Below, piece by piece: positions 52,885-64,000 of a DNA stretch of 64,000 bases. Numbering within the stretch: the first letter of the stretch is position 1; every line of letters begins with the position of its first letter. The notes under the pieces were generated by a model, which worked only from the letters and a program-made list of their open reading frames with translations, searched no databases and had not been told where the DNA came from. This DNA is from Eledone cirrhosa (Eukaryota). A program made the position numbers and the translations under genes. The DNA is taken from positions 33,914,001 to 33,978,000 of the forward strand of contig OZ024744.1 in the NCBI GenBank assembly GCA_964016885.1, written 5' to 3'.

Positions 52885-53460
52885 CAGACACTAGATATAT
52901 ACATATTACATACATACATATATCTTCACATACATATACATACACAGACACATACAGACACTAGATATATACATATTACATACACATATCTACATATACA
53001 TAAACAGACACATACAGACACTAGATATATACATATTACATACATACACATATCTACACCTACATATACATACACAGACACATACAGACACTAGATATAT
53101 ACATATTACATACATACACACATCTACACCTACATATACATAAACAGACACATACAGACACTAGATAGTTACATATTACATACATACACATATCTACACC
53201 TACATATACATACACATACACATACAGACACTAGATATATACATATTACATACATACACATATCTACACCTACATATACATACACAGACACACACAGACA
53301 CTAGATATATACATATTACATACATACACATATCTACACCTACATATACATAAACATCCACATACAGACACTAGATATATACATATTACATACATACACA
53401 TATCTACACATACATATACATAAACAGACACATACAGACACTAGATAGATACATATTATA
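52885..53460. repeat. 70-bp minisatellite, ~8-9 units
   Basis: cagacactagat recurs with ctag at 52891, 52961, 53021, 53091, 53161, 53231, 53301, 53371 and 53441 (one unit is 60 bp). Confidence 0.92.
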
Positions 53461-55500
53461 CCAGGGTCTGGTGTGGCCCTCTGGGCCAGAGGAATCGTTC
53501 GATGACAGGCCACCAAACTCTGGGTAAAGTAAGGAAGGTGCTTAAGAAAGAAAGGTCCAAATCATTACCGGGGCTAAACGTAATACCCTACCTATTGTAC
53601 AAGAAATGTCCCAGAGTCCTTGACTTGCTCCACAAAATGATATGATCAGCCTGGAAGAACTTGAAGATCAGTGACCAATAGATTAGAACCAAAGGTGTGT
53701 ACATTCTGAAAGAGCAGAACTCAAGCGGGATAAATAAATTCAGACCAAAAACACATCTGAACATTGAAGGAAGAACATTCTTCATTGTTATGGCAGCTAG
53801 GTTAACTAGATACCTCACAGAGAATAAGTACTTGAATATGTCATGTCAGAAGGGAGAGTCATCCATGGAGAGTCTGGTTGTTTAGAGCATGCCTCAATGG
53901 TTTGGGAAGCAATCCAAAGAACTAAAACTGAAAAGAGAGATCTTGATGAGGTGTGGATTGATCTGGCTAGTACCTACAGTTTGATCCCATACAAGATGAT
54001 CCAACTTGCTCTCAAGATGTATCATGTTCCAAAGAACATCAGGGAATTGCTAAAGAACTATTATCATGGGTTCTCAATGTGGTTCTTCTGAATCAATTGA
54101 GAGGTTAGCAATAGGCTGTGTAATCTAACCTATACCATTTGTATTGGCAAAAGCCTCGGGAGATATTATAATGACTCTCTGAAGGCCAAAGAGAAACCGG
54201 AACCAAGCTGATGTTGGAAAAGGATCTTCATGTCATAGACCAATGTGACTTCTCTAGCAAACACGTGGTTTAGTGTTTGCAGTTTACGTTGATCCCAAAG
54301 CTTCTCAGATATCTGCTAAAATATGATATTAGCTCCAGTACAGTGGAAGTTATGACGGTCTAAATCAACAAGGATACAAGTGGCTTGGTGTCCCACCAAG
54401 TCTCACAGATGTTGCACTCTACTGTCGCCAGGCCAAGTTGATGCTACATCTCAAAGCCATCGTTGAGGAATACAAAGTCGGAAAAGCAAGGCTCTTGACC
54501 AAGCTTGATGACTCGCAAGACAATGTCGCGAGAGCGATTTGGTGAAAGCTGATGGCAGGCAGTAAGTGGAAAGTTTATGAGACGGTAGATGCAAAGAAAA
54601 TATGGGACACACTCATGTTCATGGGCAGAGTGGTAAGAGGCTAGGGAAAAGATGAAGAGAGATATGATTTTACACGGGGTGAACAAAGAAGATGCCAGAA
54701 GACAGTACAGTAGAATCGACAGGGCCAATGGATGACGTGGGAATGTGCAATCCATAGTATTTCGGAATGACGTGTGACATATGGCACCTCTTGTGTTCAA
54801 TTTACTCCTCAGATCTCTCTATGGTATCCTGCCATCGAATATGGACCTAGTGAAGTGGGGAAAATCAAATAACCTTGAGTGCCCATTCTGCCAGGGTAGA
54901 CAGATAGTGGAACACATTCTGACCTAATACAGAGTAGCACTAGCCCAAGGAAGATACACATAGAAACACAATCTTAGGGAGATCGTACATGAGGTAAGTA
55001 TAGCTAATGTAAAATCCGCAGTACAGAATCTCCAACAACCTTCTACACGAGAGGGAGCTGAAAATCATGGCCAGGAGTAGCTCTATCATACAGGGCACGG
55101 GAATAGAGTCTTCTGTGTGGTACAGAGGGCTGGGTGTGTACAGCACACCTCACCGAATCGGTAAAGCAACTAGAAATCACCAGAAAGAATGGCTTGAAGC
55201 CGGATATCATACTCCATTCCAGTTCATCAAAACAGGTGATTTTGATTCAACTCACCTTGCCATCAGCAGACTAGAAAAGGCACGTGTTTAACACCGAAAA
55301 TACGTTTGGACAATAGTCAGGGGGAAGTCAATTTCTGGCTCAAAGTTATCACCACAGAAGTTGGAACCAGAGGATTTGTGGGTAAATCTACCAACAATAT
55401 CATGAAACAACTTTCAGGATCTGGGAATAACAGGACCAAAGTCATGAAACCAGCGGAGAGGAGTTCCAGCTGGATATTGTCGAGGAAGAACAAAAGAAAC
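53461..55500 (+). mobile_element. Decayed Hero/NeSL-like (R2 group, RLE) non-LTR retrotransposon
   Basis: PYLLYKKCP; FRP..LNIEG..FF...A.RLT.YL; GCLEHASMVWEAIQ...VWIDLA; CPFC....VEHIL...ALAQGRYT; EVGTRGFVG. Confidence 0.8.
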
Positions 55501-55839
55501 GTTGGAGGGCATTATGTTTGTATGTTAACGTGTGTTAAGGGAAGTAACATCCATGAGCTCTGTTGCTTCTGACAGGAACCTCTGGAAGGCGTGATTGAGG
55601 ACTCTGTCTCCATGACCCTCACAAGAATAACTGGACGAAGAAGGAGAAGGAGAAGGAGAAGGAGGAGGAGGAGGATATGGAGGGATCCTGATCAAATCAA
55701 TAGCAAGTCTATGTTTTAGAGATTTCAGAATATGTTAGAAAACTCTCCAAAACAAACATGGAAGAACTCCTAAGATGCTGGAATTTTCAGTAATGTTCAT
55801 GAATATATGTTGAGAAAGTAAATGTTATGAATTTCCAGC

Positions 55840-56520
55840 ACCGCCATGCCTGTTTTCGCGCGGCCTCAAAACCCCACAGTGGTGCCTGGTTTCATGCCAT
55901 GCCCTCCTTCTCCACTGGCACACAGCTGGATAATGATAGCCTGCACATTGGCCTTTCCCTGAGGTTTGACCTCCGGATCTGCGAGCCACACAAATATCGC
56001 TGTGGATCCACCGTGGAGTATTTTGGCCTCCACCCGTCTTCCTGTCTTCACAGTGTCGGCCGCCTTCCATGCCTTGCTGCCCTCAACGAGATCATAAAGA
56101 TTGGATTGGACGCTGCAGGCTTCCTCTCTCAGCTCGAGTCGGTGGGGCTGAACCGAGGTGACGGCAAAAAGCCGGAAGGTATGACCATCTTCTCGTTCCC
56201 TCCTCTGAGATACCACTTGCAACGACACTTTCTACAGCCACAACCTGTTGCAGTCTACCACTAACCCAGGTTCTGCTGCACGTCGGGATGAGGAGGCCAA
56301 GCTCTCCAAGTACCGGTCGTTCTCCGACCGATTCGTGCTCATGTTCTTAGCAGTGGAGACTTCTGGTGTCCTTAACCCTAGGGCTACTTCCCTACTCACC
56401 ACCATAGGCGCTGAGCTGCCCAGCCGCCGGTGTGAGCCTCGTAAAATGGAATGGCTCTCCCAGCGCATCTCCCTTGCCATCCTGCGTGGAAACGCCTTCT
56501 CCATTCTGTCCGCCGGGGCT
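55840..56520 (+). mobile_element. CRE-like non-LTR 3' part
   Basis: SGAWFHAMPS...HKYRCG...RGDGKKPEG...AVETSGVL...WLSQRISLAILRGNA. Confidence 0.82.
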
Positions 56521-56977
56521 GTGGGGAGGCCAGCACGTGGGACCCCATTTGCTCACCATACAGAGAGATGGGGAGGGCGAGAGAGATTCTCAGAATAGGG
56601 AGGTACAAGAAATTGTAACTGAAGTAAAAAGATCAAGGTATGCTGAACTACGTAGTTCTGTTAAATCATTTGGAATAAAATTGTAAGATGTAAATCATTT
56701 TTTCCAAATATATTTAGTTGATATGTATTCCAAAATTGAGTTTCAACGATTATTGTACATTAAACAGTACCAAACTAAGCTAAAGGTCGGAGAGTATTCG
56801 CTTTTAAAAGATTCTCTAAATAATGAAGGAGTACTCAATACACAAGAAGTAGGTAGCGCTGTATATTTATAACATTCACTTGCAGTCCTAATGAAATGAA
56901 ATCATGGAGAACCCATAAAAAGGTCAAAGACTCGAAGATAGGCACGACATATAGGCATTGCAAATGCTTTCAAGCCA

Positions 56978-57238
56978 CCATCCGACGTTGTGCAAAACTC
57001 ATCTGCAATGTCAGTTTCGACTGCACCAACTGGGAAGAGGTGAAGCTTTGAGTGAGGTTCGGTGGCCTCGGCCTTCGATCCGCTTCGGATTTGACACTGC
57101 TGGCCTATCTCTCCTCAACCCCCTCCAGTCAGAAACTCTTCAGCGAGGTCCTCAGCAAGTCAGCCAAACCTGATGTGACCATATAACTTGAGCAGGCCCC
57201 GAACGACTGGACAGGCGAAGGGCTCTCTGTTCTCCAGT
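56978..57238 (+). mobile_element. CRE-like fragment
   Basis: Diverged reverse complement of ~51045-51295. Confidence 0.75.
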
Positions 57239-58056
57239 ATATGCGCTCCTTTGAAAGAGAACTCAGCGGGATGTCATCGACCTTTGAGCAAAAAATAACC
57301 AGATTTCAATAAATAGGCTGTCATGGAACGAGGACAGAGAGAGAATTTTCTCTTACAAAAGAGACGACACCTTCCCTGGTCACTTGGCGTTCAACTTCTA
57401 TAGTGATAGTAATGACGGACGATAGCCTGCCAACTTCTATTCGAAAACACGGTATTCATTTACGAATGTTTACATACAACTTTGTACTTTTATGATTAGT
57501 AGTAATCATATTCCTTTTTCTTTCTCTAACTGAAGTAAAGTAGATTTTATATCTATCGCAATTAACTATTCTGTCCTGTTTATTTTCAACAACAACCAAC
57601 TTCGTTTCACTTCAGGTGTCTGGGTGTTATGTTTTAATATTGAAATGTGTCTCAGTCTAGTTAATGAGATGGTCCACTTGCTAGAAATAGCAGCCGAATC
57701 CACTGCTTTTTCGGGTGGGGGACATACTTTATGTTCAGTGTTATTTCTTGTTTTTTTTTCCTAAACAATAACTAACTTTATTTTTTTTTAATTATTCAGT
57801 ATATATATATGTGTGTATCTGACTGATAAAATGATAAGTGAGTTAATCATATCAGTGGCCTCCCCACAGCCCCGGTGGACAGAATGGAGAAGGCGTTTTC
57901 CCGGAAGACGGCAAGGGAGACGCGCTGGAAAAGTGTGGTGTGGTATATTGTAGTGGAATGTGGTATATTGTAGTGTAGTGTCGTTTATTGAAGTGTAGTG
58001 TGGAGCGGTATTTTGTAGTACGGTGTGGTATATTGTAGTGTAGTGTTGTATAGTGT

Positions 58057-59734
58057 TGTAGAAGATCACGCCATCTAGCGTCGACTGTGAAGCTAGTCGA
58101 TTAACTGCCCTTAGTTCTGACGTCACGTTCAAACGCCAGTTGCTGAGACCAACACCCTCTGATCATGTCAGCTCGTGGACAACAGACGTGCTAATCCCCG
58201 TGCAGTTTTTCCACGCAGCGACATCACACCATGCGGTCGTGGCATAATACGATAATGAACCACTACCCAACCTTGGAGCACTGATGCGTTAACCAGTATT
58301 ATGATTTGCTTTAAATAAAATGTTCACGTAACATAATCTTGAGGTATGTTCTTTTTTGTTTGATGATGTGCCAGCCAGTAAACAATAACCAATTAGACGG
58401 GATGACAGACGACCATCCCCGCCTAAAGTGGTTATTGTTACGCATCCGAACTACAGCATATCATCCTGCCTCTAATGGAATGGTGGAGCGCTTCCACCGA
58501 AAACTGAAAGCCGCTCTACGGACTTCTCCTGACTCTACGCGCTGGAGCGAGTACCTCCCTGTTGTGTTGTTGGGGATTCGGTCATCAATAAAGGAGGACC
58601 TTGGGTTCTCCTCGGCCGAATTGTTATATAGTTCCCCTCTAGCGTTACCTGGGCAAATGCTTGCCCCCTGTCGATTTTGATGAACAAGATCCGCTTTCTT
58701 ACGTATCTCGTCTGCGTTCTTATTTTCAGGACCTGCCGCCGATGGATACGAGGAAGCAAACTTTACAATTTTCAGTCCCGAGGGATATTGCCGCGTGGAC
58801 CCATGTGTTTGTGAGAAACGATGCTGTGAAACCACCTCTCACGCAACCATACTCTGGACCCTACCGTGTATTAGCTCGTTCCGAGAAACATTTCACTGCA
58901 GACATTAAGGGTTCCAGAGAGACGGTTTCGATTGATAGACTCAAACGAGCACATTTGGATACAGATACTATCGCACCTGAACCACAAACGCCCCCGTCTT
59001 TTTCTTTCGCACACACACCTGCTTCTTCGTGTGTGTGTGTGTTCATCACCAAGATATAAGACTACGACCCGTTCCGGTCGGAGGGTTCATTGGCCCAAAA
59101 AACTGTGTAGCACGGTACATTTTTAAACTGCTATTGTGCGGTGCTTTAATCCTGTAGTGACTTTTGGAACTTTTAGGAAATTGTATTTACATCTAATTAC
59201 ATTGTTTTTTTTTCCTTCACGTTCTTGCATGCTTTGTTAATATGTATTGGGCTGTTTGCTCCTTGGTTTGGAATTTTTGCTGGTTGCTAATCGGTTTTTC
59301 TACATACATGATACGATGAACCAATTTTTATTTACTTTTTTAAAAATCTGGTGGGTGACAATGTAGAAGATCACGCCATCTAGCGTCGACTGTGAAGCCA
59401 GTCGATTAACTGCCTTTAGTTCTGACGTCAGTTGTTGAGACAATAGTGCTTGGACCATGGCAGCTCGGAGACAACAGACGTGCTAATCCCCGTGCAGCTA
59501 TCCACGCAGCGATATCACACCATACGGTCGTAGCATAATACGATAATGAACCACTACCCAACCTTGGAGCACTGATGTGTTAACCAGTATTATGATTTGC
59601 TTTAATTAAAATGTTAACGTAACATAATCTTGAGGTATGTTCTTTTTTGTTTGATGATATGCCAGCCAGTAAACAACAACCAATTAGACGGGATGACAGA
59701 CGACCATCCCCGCCTAAAGTGTTAAGTGGTTACA
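58057..59734 (+). mobile_element. Internally deleted Gypsy element: LTR, integrase 3' half, PPT, LTR
   Basis: LTRs at 58057-58434 and 59362-59734 (TG...CA). Integrase reads RTTAYHPASNGMVERFHRKLK...YSGPYRVL...VSIDRLK. PPT-like tctggtgggtgacaa. Confidence 0.9.
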
Positions 59735-60067
59735 TATACTGTAGTGTGTTGTGGTATACTGTAGTGTATGCGGTATATTGTGGTGTGGTATATTGTATTG
59801 TAGTGTGGTGTGGTATTTTGTAGTGTGGAGTGGTGCAGTGTGGTGTGTTATATTGTATGAGGTGTGGTATAGTGTAGTGTCATGTGATATACTTAGTGTG
59901 GGGTGGTACATTGTAGTGTGGTGTGGTGTGGTATACTGTAGTATGGTGTGGTGTATTGTAGTGTAGTGTGGTATAATGTAGCGTGGTGTGGTATACTGTA
60001 GTACGGTGTGGTGTGGAATAGTGGCGTGTGATATGGTGTGGTATATTGTAGTGTGGGGTGGTACATA

Positions 60068-60255
60068 GTAATTGTTTCTACTTTTGGCACAAGGTCAGCA
60101 ATTAACCCAGTGTATTACTGGTACTTTATTTTGTCGACCCCGTAAGGATGAAAGGCAAAGTTAACCTCGGCGGGATTTGAATTCAGACTATAAAGGGCCG
60201 TAACTCTTTGCTGCAAGACATGGCGTCAGACCCTCTATCGATACTGCCAATCCAA
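60068..60255 (-). mobile_element. tRNA-derived SINE
   Basis: Same family as 49142. Confidence 0.88.
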
Positions 60256-60488
60256 TGTGATGTGGTATAGGGTAGTGTGGTTTTCTATATTGTAGTGTGG
60301 CGTGGGGGTGTGGTAGTGTGGTGTGGTGTTGATATTGCAGTGTAGTGTGGTATACTGTAGTGTGGTGTGGTATACTATACTGTGGTGTGGTATATTGAAG
60401 TGTGGTGTGGTATATTATAGTGTGGTGTGGTATACTGTGGTGTGGTATATTGTGGTGTGCTATATTGTAGTGTGGTGTGGCATACTGT

Positions 60489-63400
60489 TGTAGTGACCCC
60501 TTGGGGCGAGAAGGAGAGTTAATGAGAATTACGTCCCATGGAGACTATACATTAAGAAACTGGAAGTACCTCCTCTCTTACAAAGCTAGCCTTCCAGGAG
60601 TTAAGATGTAATTTTGCCTTCTCCCACTTTTCATTTTTACCACACCATGTGGAGTGAACATATTAAGAGCAACTCCCTCTCAGGCGACTTCAACTTCGGA
60701 ACAGAAAACCAATAACACCATATGGAGACTAACTTATTCTCTCACTTCGTCCCCAATTCAACAACTAATGATACCAATTATACATATTATATTATTTCAA
60801 AAGGTATGACTTATTTCCAAGTTGTAACAAACACTCATAACAATAAAGATGAGACAATTATAGACACTCGTGTGAGATATTTCAGCATGTCTCATTTAAT
60901 TACTTTATTCCTAAATTGATGACCAAATAACGTAAACACTAAATAGAAATCGACTAACTTTTATGCTCGTTAAAGTGGTATCCCAGACGTTGGTATATGG
61001 AAAATATACCACTAAAAAAAAGAAAAAGAAAAAAAAAAGTGTTTGACAGTTTTTTTTTTCCCCTTTGCTGAAATTTTTGAAGATGTCTGTCAAGATGGCG
61101 GCTTTCTTCTTCAACAGTTTTTTTTTTGGGGGGGGGGGGGGGGGCGAAACCGCGCGCCATGTTGGTTTTTGCTTTAAGTTCTCTGTAGATGTATTGATAA
61201 TGCCATTGTTTGTTTAGTTGCTCACTTACACAATATTTCGGATACATTCTTTTTCCTGTCCGGTTGTTTGAAGAAAAGACAAAAAAACAAATACAAGTAG
61301 GTTTATTTTCTTTTTCACTTGTGTTCGAGGTATTTTTCTTTACGGAGACGCATTTTGCCGCTTACTGAGATTGCACCAATGGGAGTTCAATCTATTCTCC
61401 CTACTTATACGGCTGACGTGAAATTATGGTTCGCTCACATGGAAGCATTTTTCGAGGCTAACAACATCGCCCTCGTCCTTAGTGCCATTCCTCCGGCACT
61501 TCTCCCAACTATTAAGGATCTCGTATTGGAGACACCGACTGACGCTACTTACAAGTCGTTGAAGGCTGAAATACTCAGCCGCACCTCACAGTCCGCCGAG
61601 AAACGCTTTAGAGCTCTGGTCCATTTAGAGCATATCGGGGATGACACTCCATCGGACCTCTTACGTCGGATGAAAGACCTAACAGAGGGGTCGGTATCGG
61701 AAACCGCGATGTTGAAGCAGTTGTTTCTCTCGCGGCTACCGACCAACGTTCAAGCAATTTTGGCCCCCATTAGGGATACATGTTCTGTGGACCAACTGGC
61801 CCTCTCTGCGGACAAGGTTTTTGAGATTACGTTACTGGAAGGCAGCGAGGCCCTTGCTACTGTTTCTCCCCCAGCTCAGGCCATGTCATCTGCGCGGCAT
61901 CTCATGCAGACAGCGCAGCTATAATGGCTATACAAAAAGCTACTCAAGAACTCACACTGGAGCTACAGAAGCTGTAGGCCTCTGGTAATGTTCGTTCACG
62001 CTCACGCAGCCGCAGTAGATCTACCTCTTTCAGACACCGCCCCAGGTCACCACCTTCATCTTTATGCTGGTACGGCGAGCGTTTTGCTGAGAACGCGAAC
62101 CACTGTGTACAACCTTGTTCTTTTGTGAAGTTGGGAAATGACAGAGAGGTTCGCTGAGGGCGGCAGTCGACCTCAGCGTAAAGCACCCAAACCGCCACTT
62201 CTTCATCAAGGACCTCCTGTCTGGAAGAGCCTTCCTCGTGGATACAGGAGCCTCCTGTAGTATTTGGCCGGTCCATGGCCTAAAGGATACCCACGCGGAG
62301 TCATCCGTTACTCTGCAGGCCGTTAACTACTCGCCTATAAAGACGTACGGACAAATCTCGCTTCCCCTCAAATTCCAAAATCTTCGTAAGGATTTTAAAT
62401 GGATTTTTACGGTCGCTGACTTGCCATACCCAATCTTAGGAGCGGATTTCCTCCACAATTTCTCCTTGACTGTGGATGTCCGAGGCCAATGTCTAGTGGA
62501 TGACATCACCGGTTTCTCAATTCGTGGCCGAAGAGCCGGTTCTTCAACGGTTACCCAACCTACTTCATCGCTGCCACTGGAAACGCCTACAATTGGTTGT
62601 TAGAATCGTTCCCGCAGCTCATCGATGGAAATTTTCGAGTTACCGAGCCAAATCACTCAACCGAACATTTTATTTCCACAACCAGTGCTCCAGTATGTTC
62701 ACGTCCACGTCGTTTACCGGCGGACAAGTTAAAGGCAGCACGGTCCGAGTTCAACCATATGCTGCAGCTGGGCATTATTCATCCATCTACGAGTCCTTGG
62801 GCTTCCCCCTTACATATGGTTCTCAAGACTTCTGGCGACTGGAGACCCACTGGAGATTATGGGAGATCAAACGCGATGACCGTCCCGGATAGATATCCGA
62901 TTCCCCACCTCCATGATTTTGCATCTTCGTTGCAGGGTTGTAAGATTTTCTCCAAACTCGATTTAGTGTGAACTTACCACCAAATACCAGTCAGGAAGTA
63001 AGATATCCCGAAAACAGCTTTTACGACTCCTTTCGGATCCTTCGAGTTTTTAAACATGCCTTTTGGACTCAGGAATGCTGCTATCACTTTTCAGCGGTTC
63101 ATAGACGAGGTCACTCGTGGCTTGGAGTTCGTTTATGCATATATAGATGATCTTCTCGTCGCTAGTTCCTCTCCAGAAGAGCATATGCGTCACCTGAACC
63201 TTTTATTTTGCCGACTCCAGGATTACCGCGTTCGATTGTATCCCGCAAACTGTGTTTTCGGATCCGCTTCACTGAATTTTTTAGGTCACATCATCGACGC
63301 CGAAGGTATTCGACCCCTTCCACAGCGAGTTAAGGCTATACAGGATTTACCTCCACCTACCTCATTTCGCCAGTTGCGTCACTTCCTAGGCCTAATCAAT

Positions 63401-64000
63401 TTTTATAGACGTTTCGTTCCTCAATGTGCAAAATTACTTACCGAGATTTTGAAAGATCGTCGTAAGAAGAATGAGGATATTTCCTTGACACAAGCACAAC
63501 TCGAAGATTTCCAGACTGCCAAGACAGCACTTGCTAATTCATCTTTGCTAGCCCACCCAGTACCCGATGCCAATCTTTCGTTTTGTGTCGATGTAGCTGA
63601 TACCGCTGTGGGAGCAGTTTTACAACAGTATAACGCTGAACACCAACAACTTTTGGCATTTTTCTCCAGGAAGCTGAAACAGGCAGAAACTCGTTACAGC
63701 ACGTTTGGTCGGGAGTTATTAGCCATATATCTGTCTCATATTGTTGAGGGAAGAAATTTTACGGTTTTCACTGATCACAAACCTCTGACCTTCGCTTTGA
63801 GGGTAAAGCCGACAGATATTCGCCCAGAGAGACAAGGCACCTCGACTACATTTCACAGTTTACCAATGATATCCAGCACATTTCTGGCTCACTAAATACA
63901 GCTGCAGATGCCTTGTCACGCTTGCCAATCAGCTCGATTTCGTCATCCCAGGAGATAGATTTAAGTCGTTTGGCAGCAGACCAACCTGCACTCGAATCGT
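60489..64000 (+). mobile_element. Decayed CsRn1-clade Gypsy element (5' part, runs off the window)
   Basis: Putative LTR from TGTAG at 60489 and a degenerate tRNA-Trp-type PBS tggtatcccagacg at ~60975. Gag 61319-61924 with CHCC-like CWY..RF...A.HC..PC; protease VDTGAS; RT YAYIDDLLVAS; RNase H TDHKPL. Confidence 0.9.

Larger units (their letters stand above)
57932..60488. repeat. Degenerate (GTGTG/GTAGT/GTATA) pentamer-type simple repeat, interrupted by an LTR element and a SINE
   Basis: Direct reading at 57932-58056, 59735-60067 and 60256-60488. Confidence 0.85.

Overview
This is AT-rich, microsatellite-dense animal genomic DNA, not prokaryotic. The SINE families suggest an octopod cephalopod, but that is an inference. 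Almost all of the window is decayed transposable elements: Penelope-like elements (PLEs, GIY-YIG), RTE, Tx1/L1, CRE-like and Hero-like non-LTR elements, three CsRn1-type Gypsy remnants, mariner, Tigger/pogo, a possible hAT end, a full-length Helitron, SINEs and micro/minisatellites. Only one convincing host exon was found (34088-34263). The most notable signal is in the first ~28 kb. Many (TA)n tracts hold short fold-back (palindromic) inserts from several unrelated families, and at least six well-formed plus several degenerate type-I hammerhead ribozyme (HHR) motifs occur in or next to them. These include U3:A8 core variants and a shared GCAA-for-GAAA variant. Several fold-back axes fall inside or at the HHR core, and some apices carry reiterated arm ends, up to a perfect 5x36-bp array. 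All calls were made by eye, with no alignments, folding or database searches, so boundaries of decayed elements are approximate.
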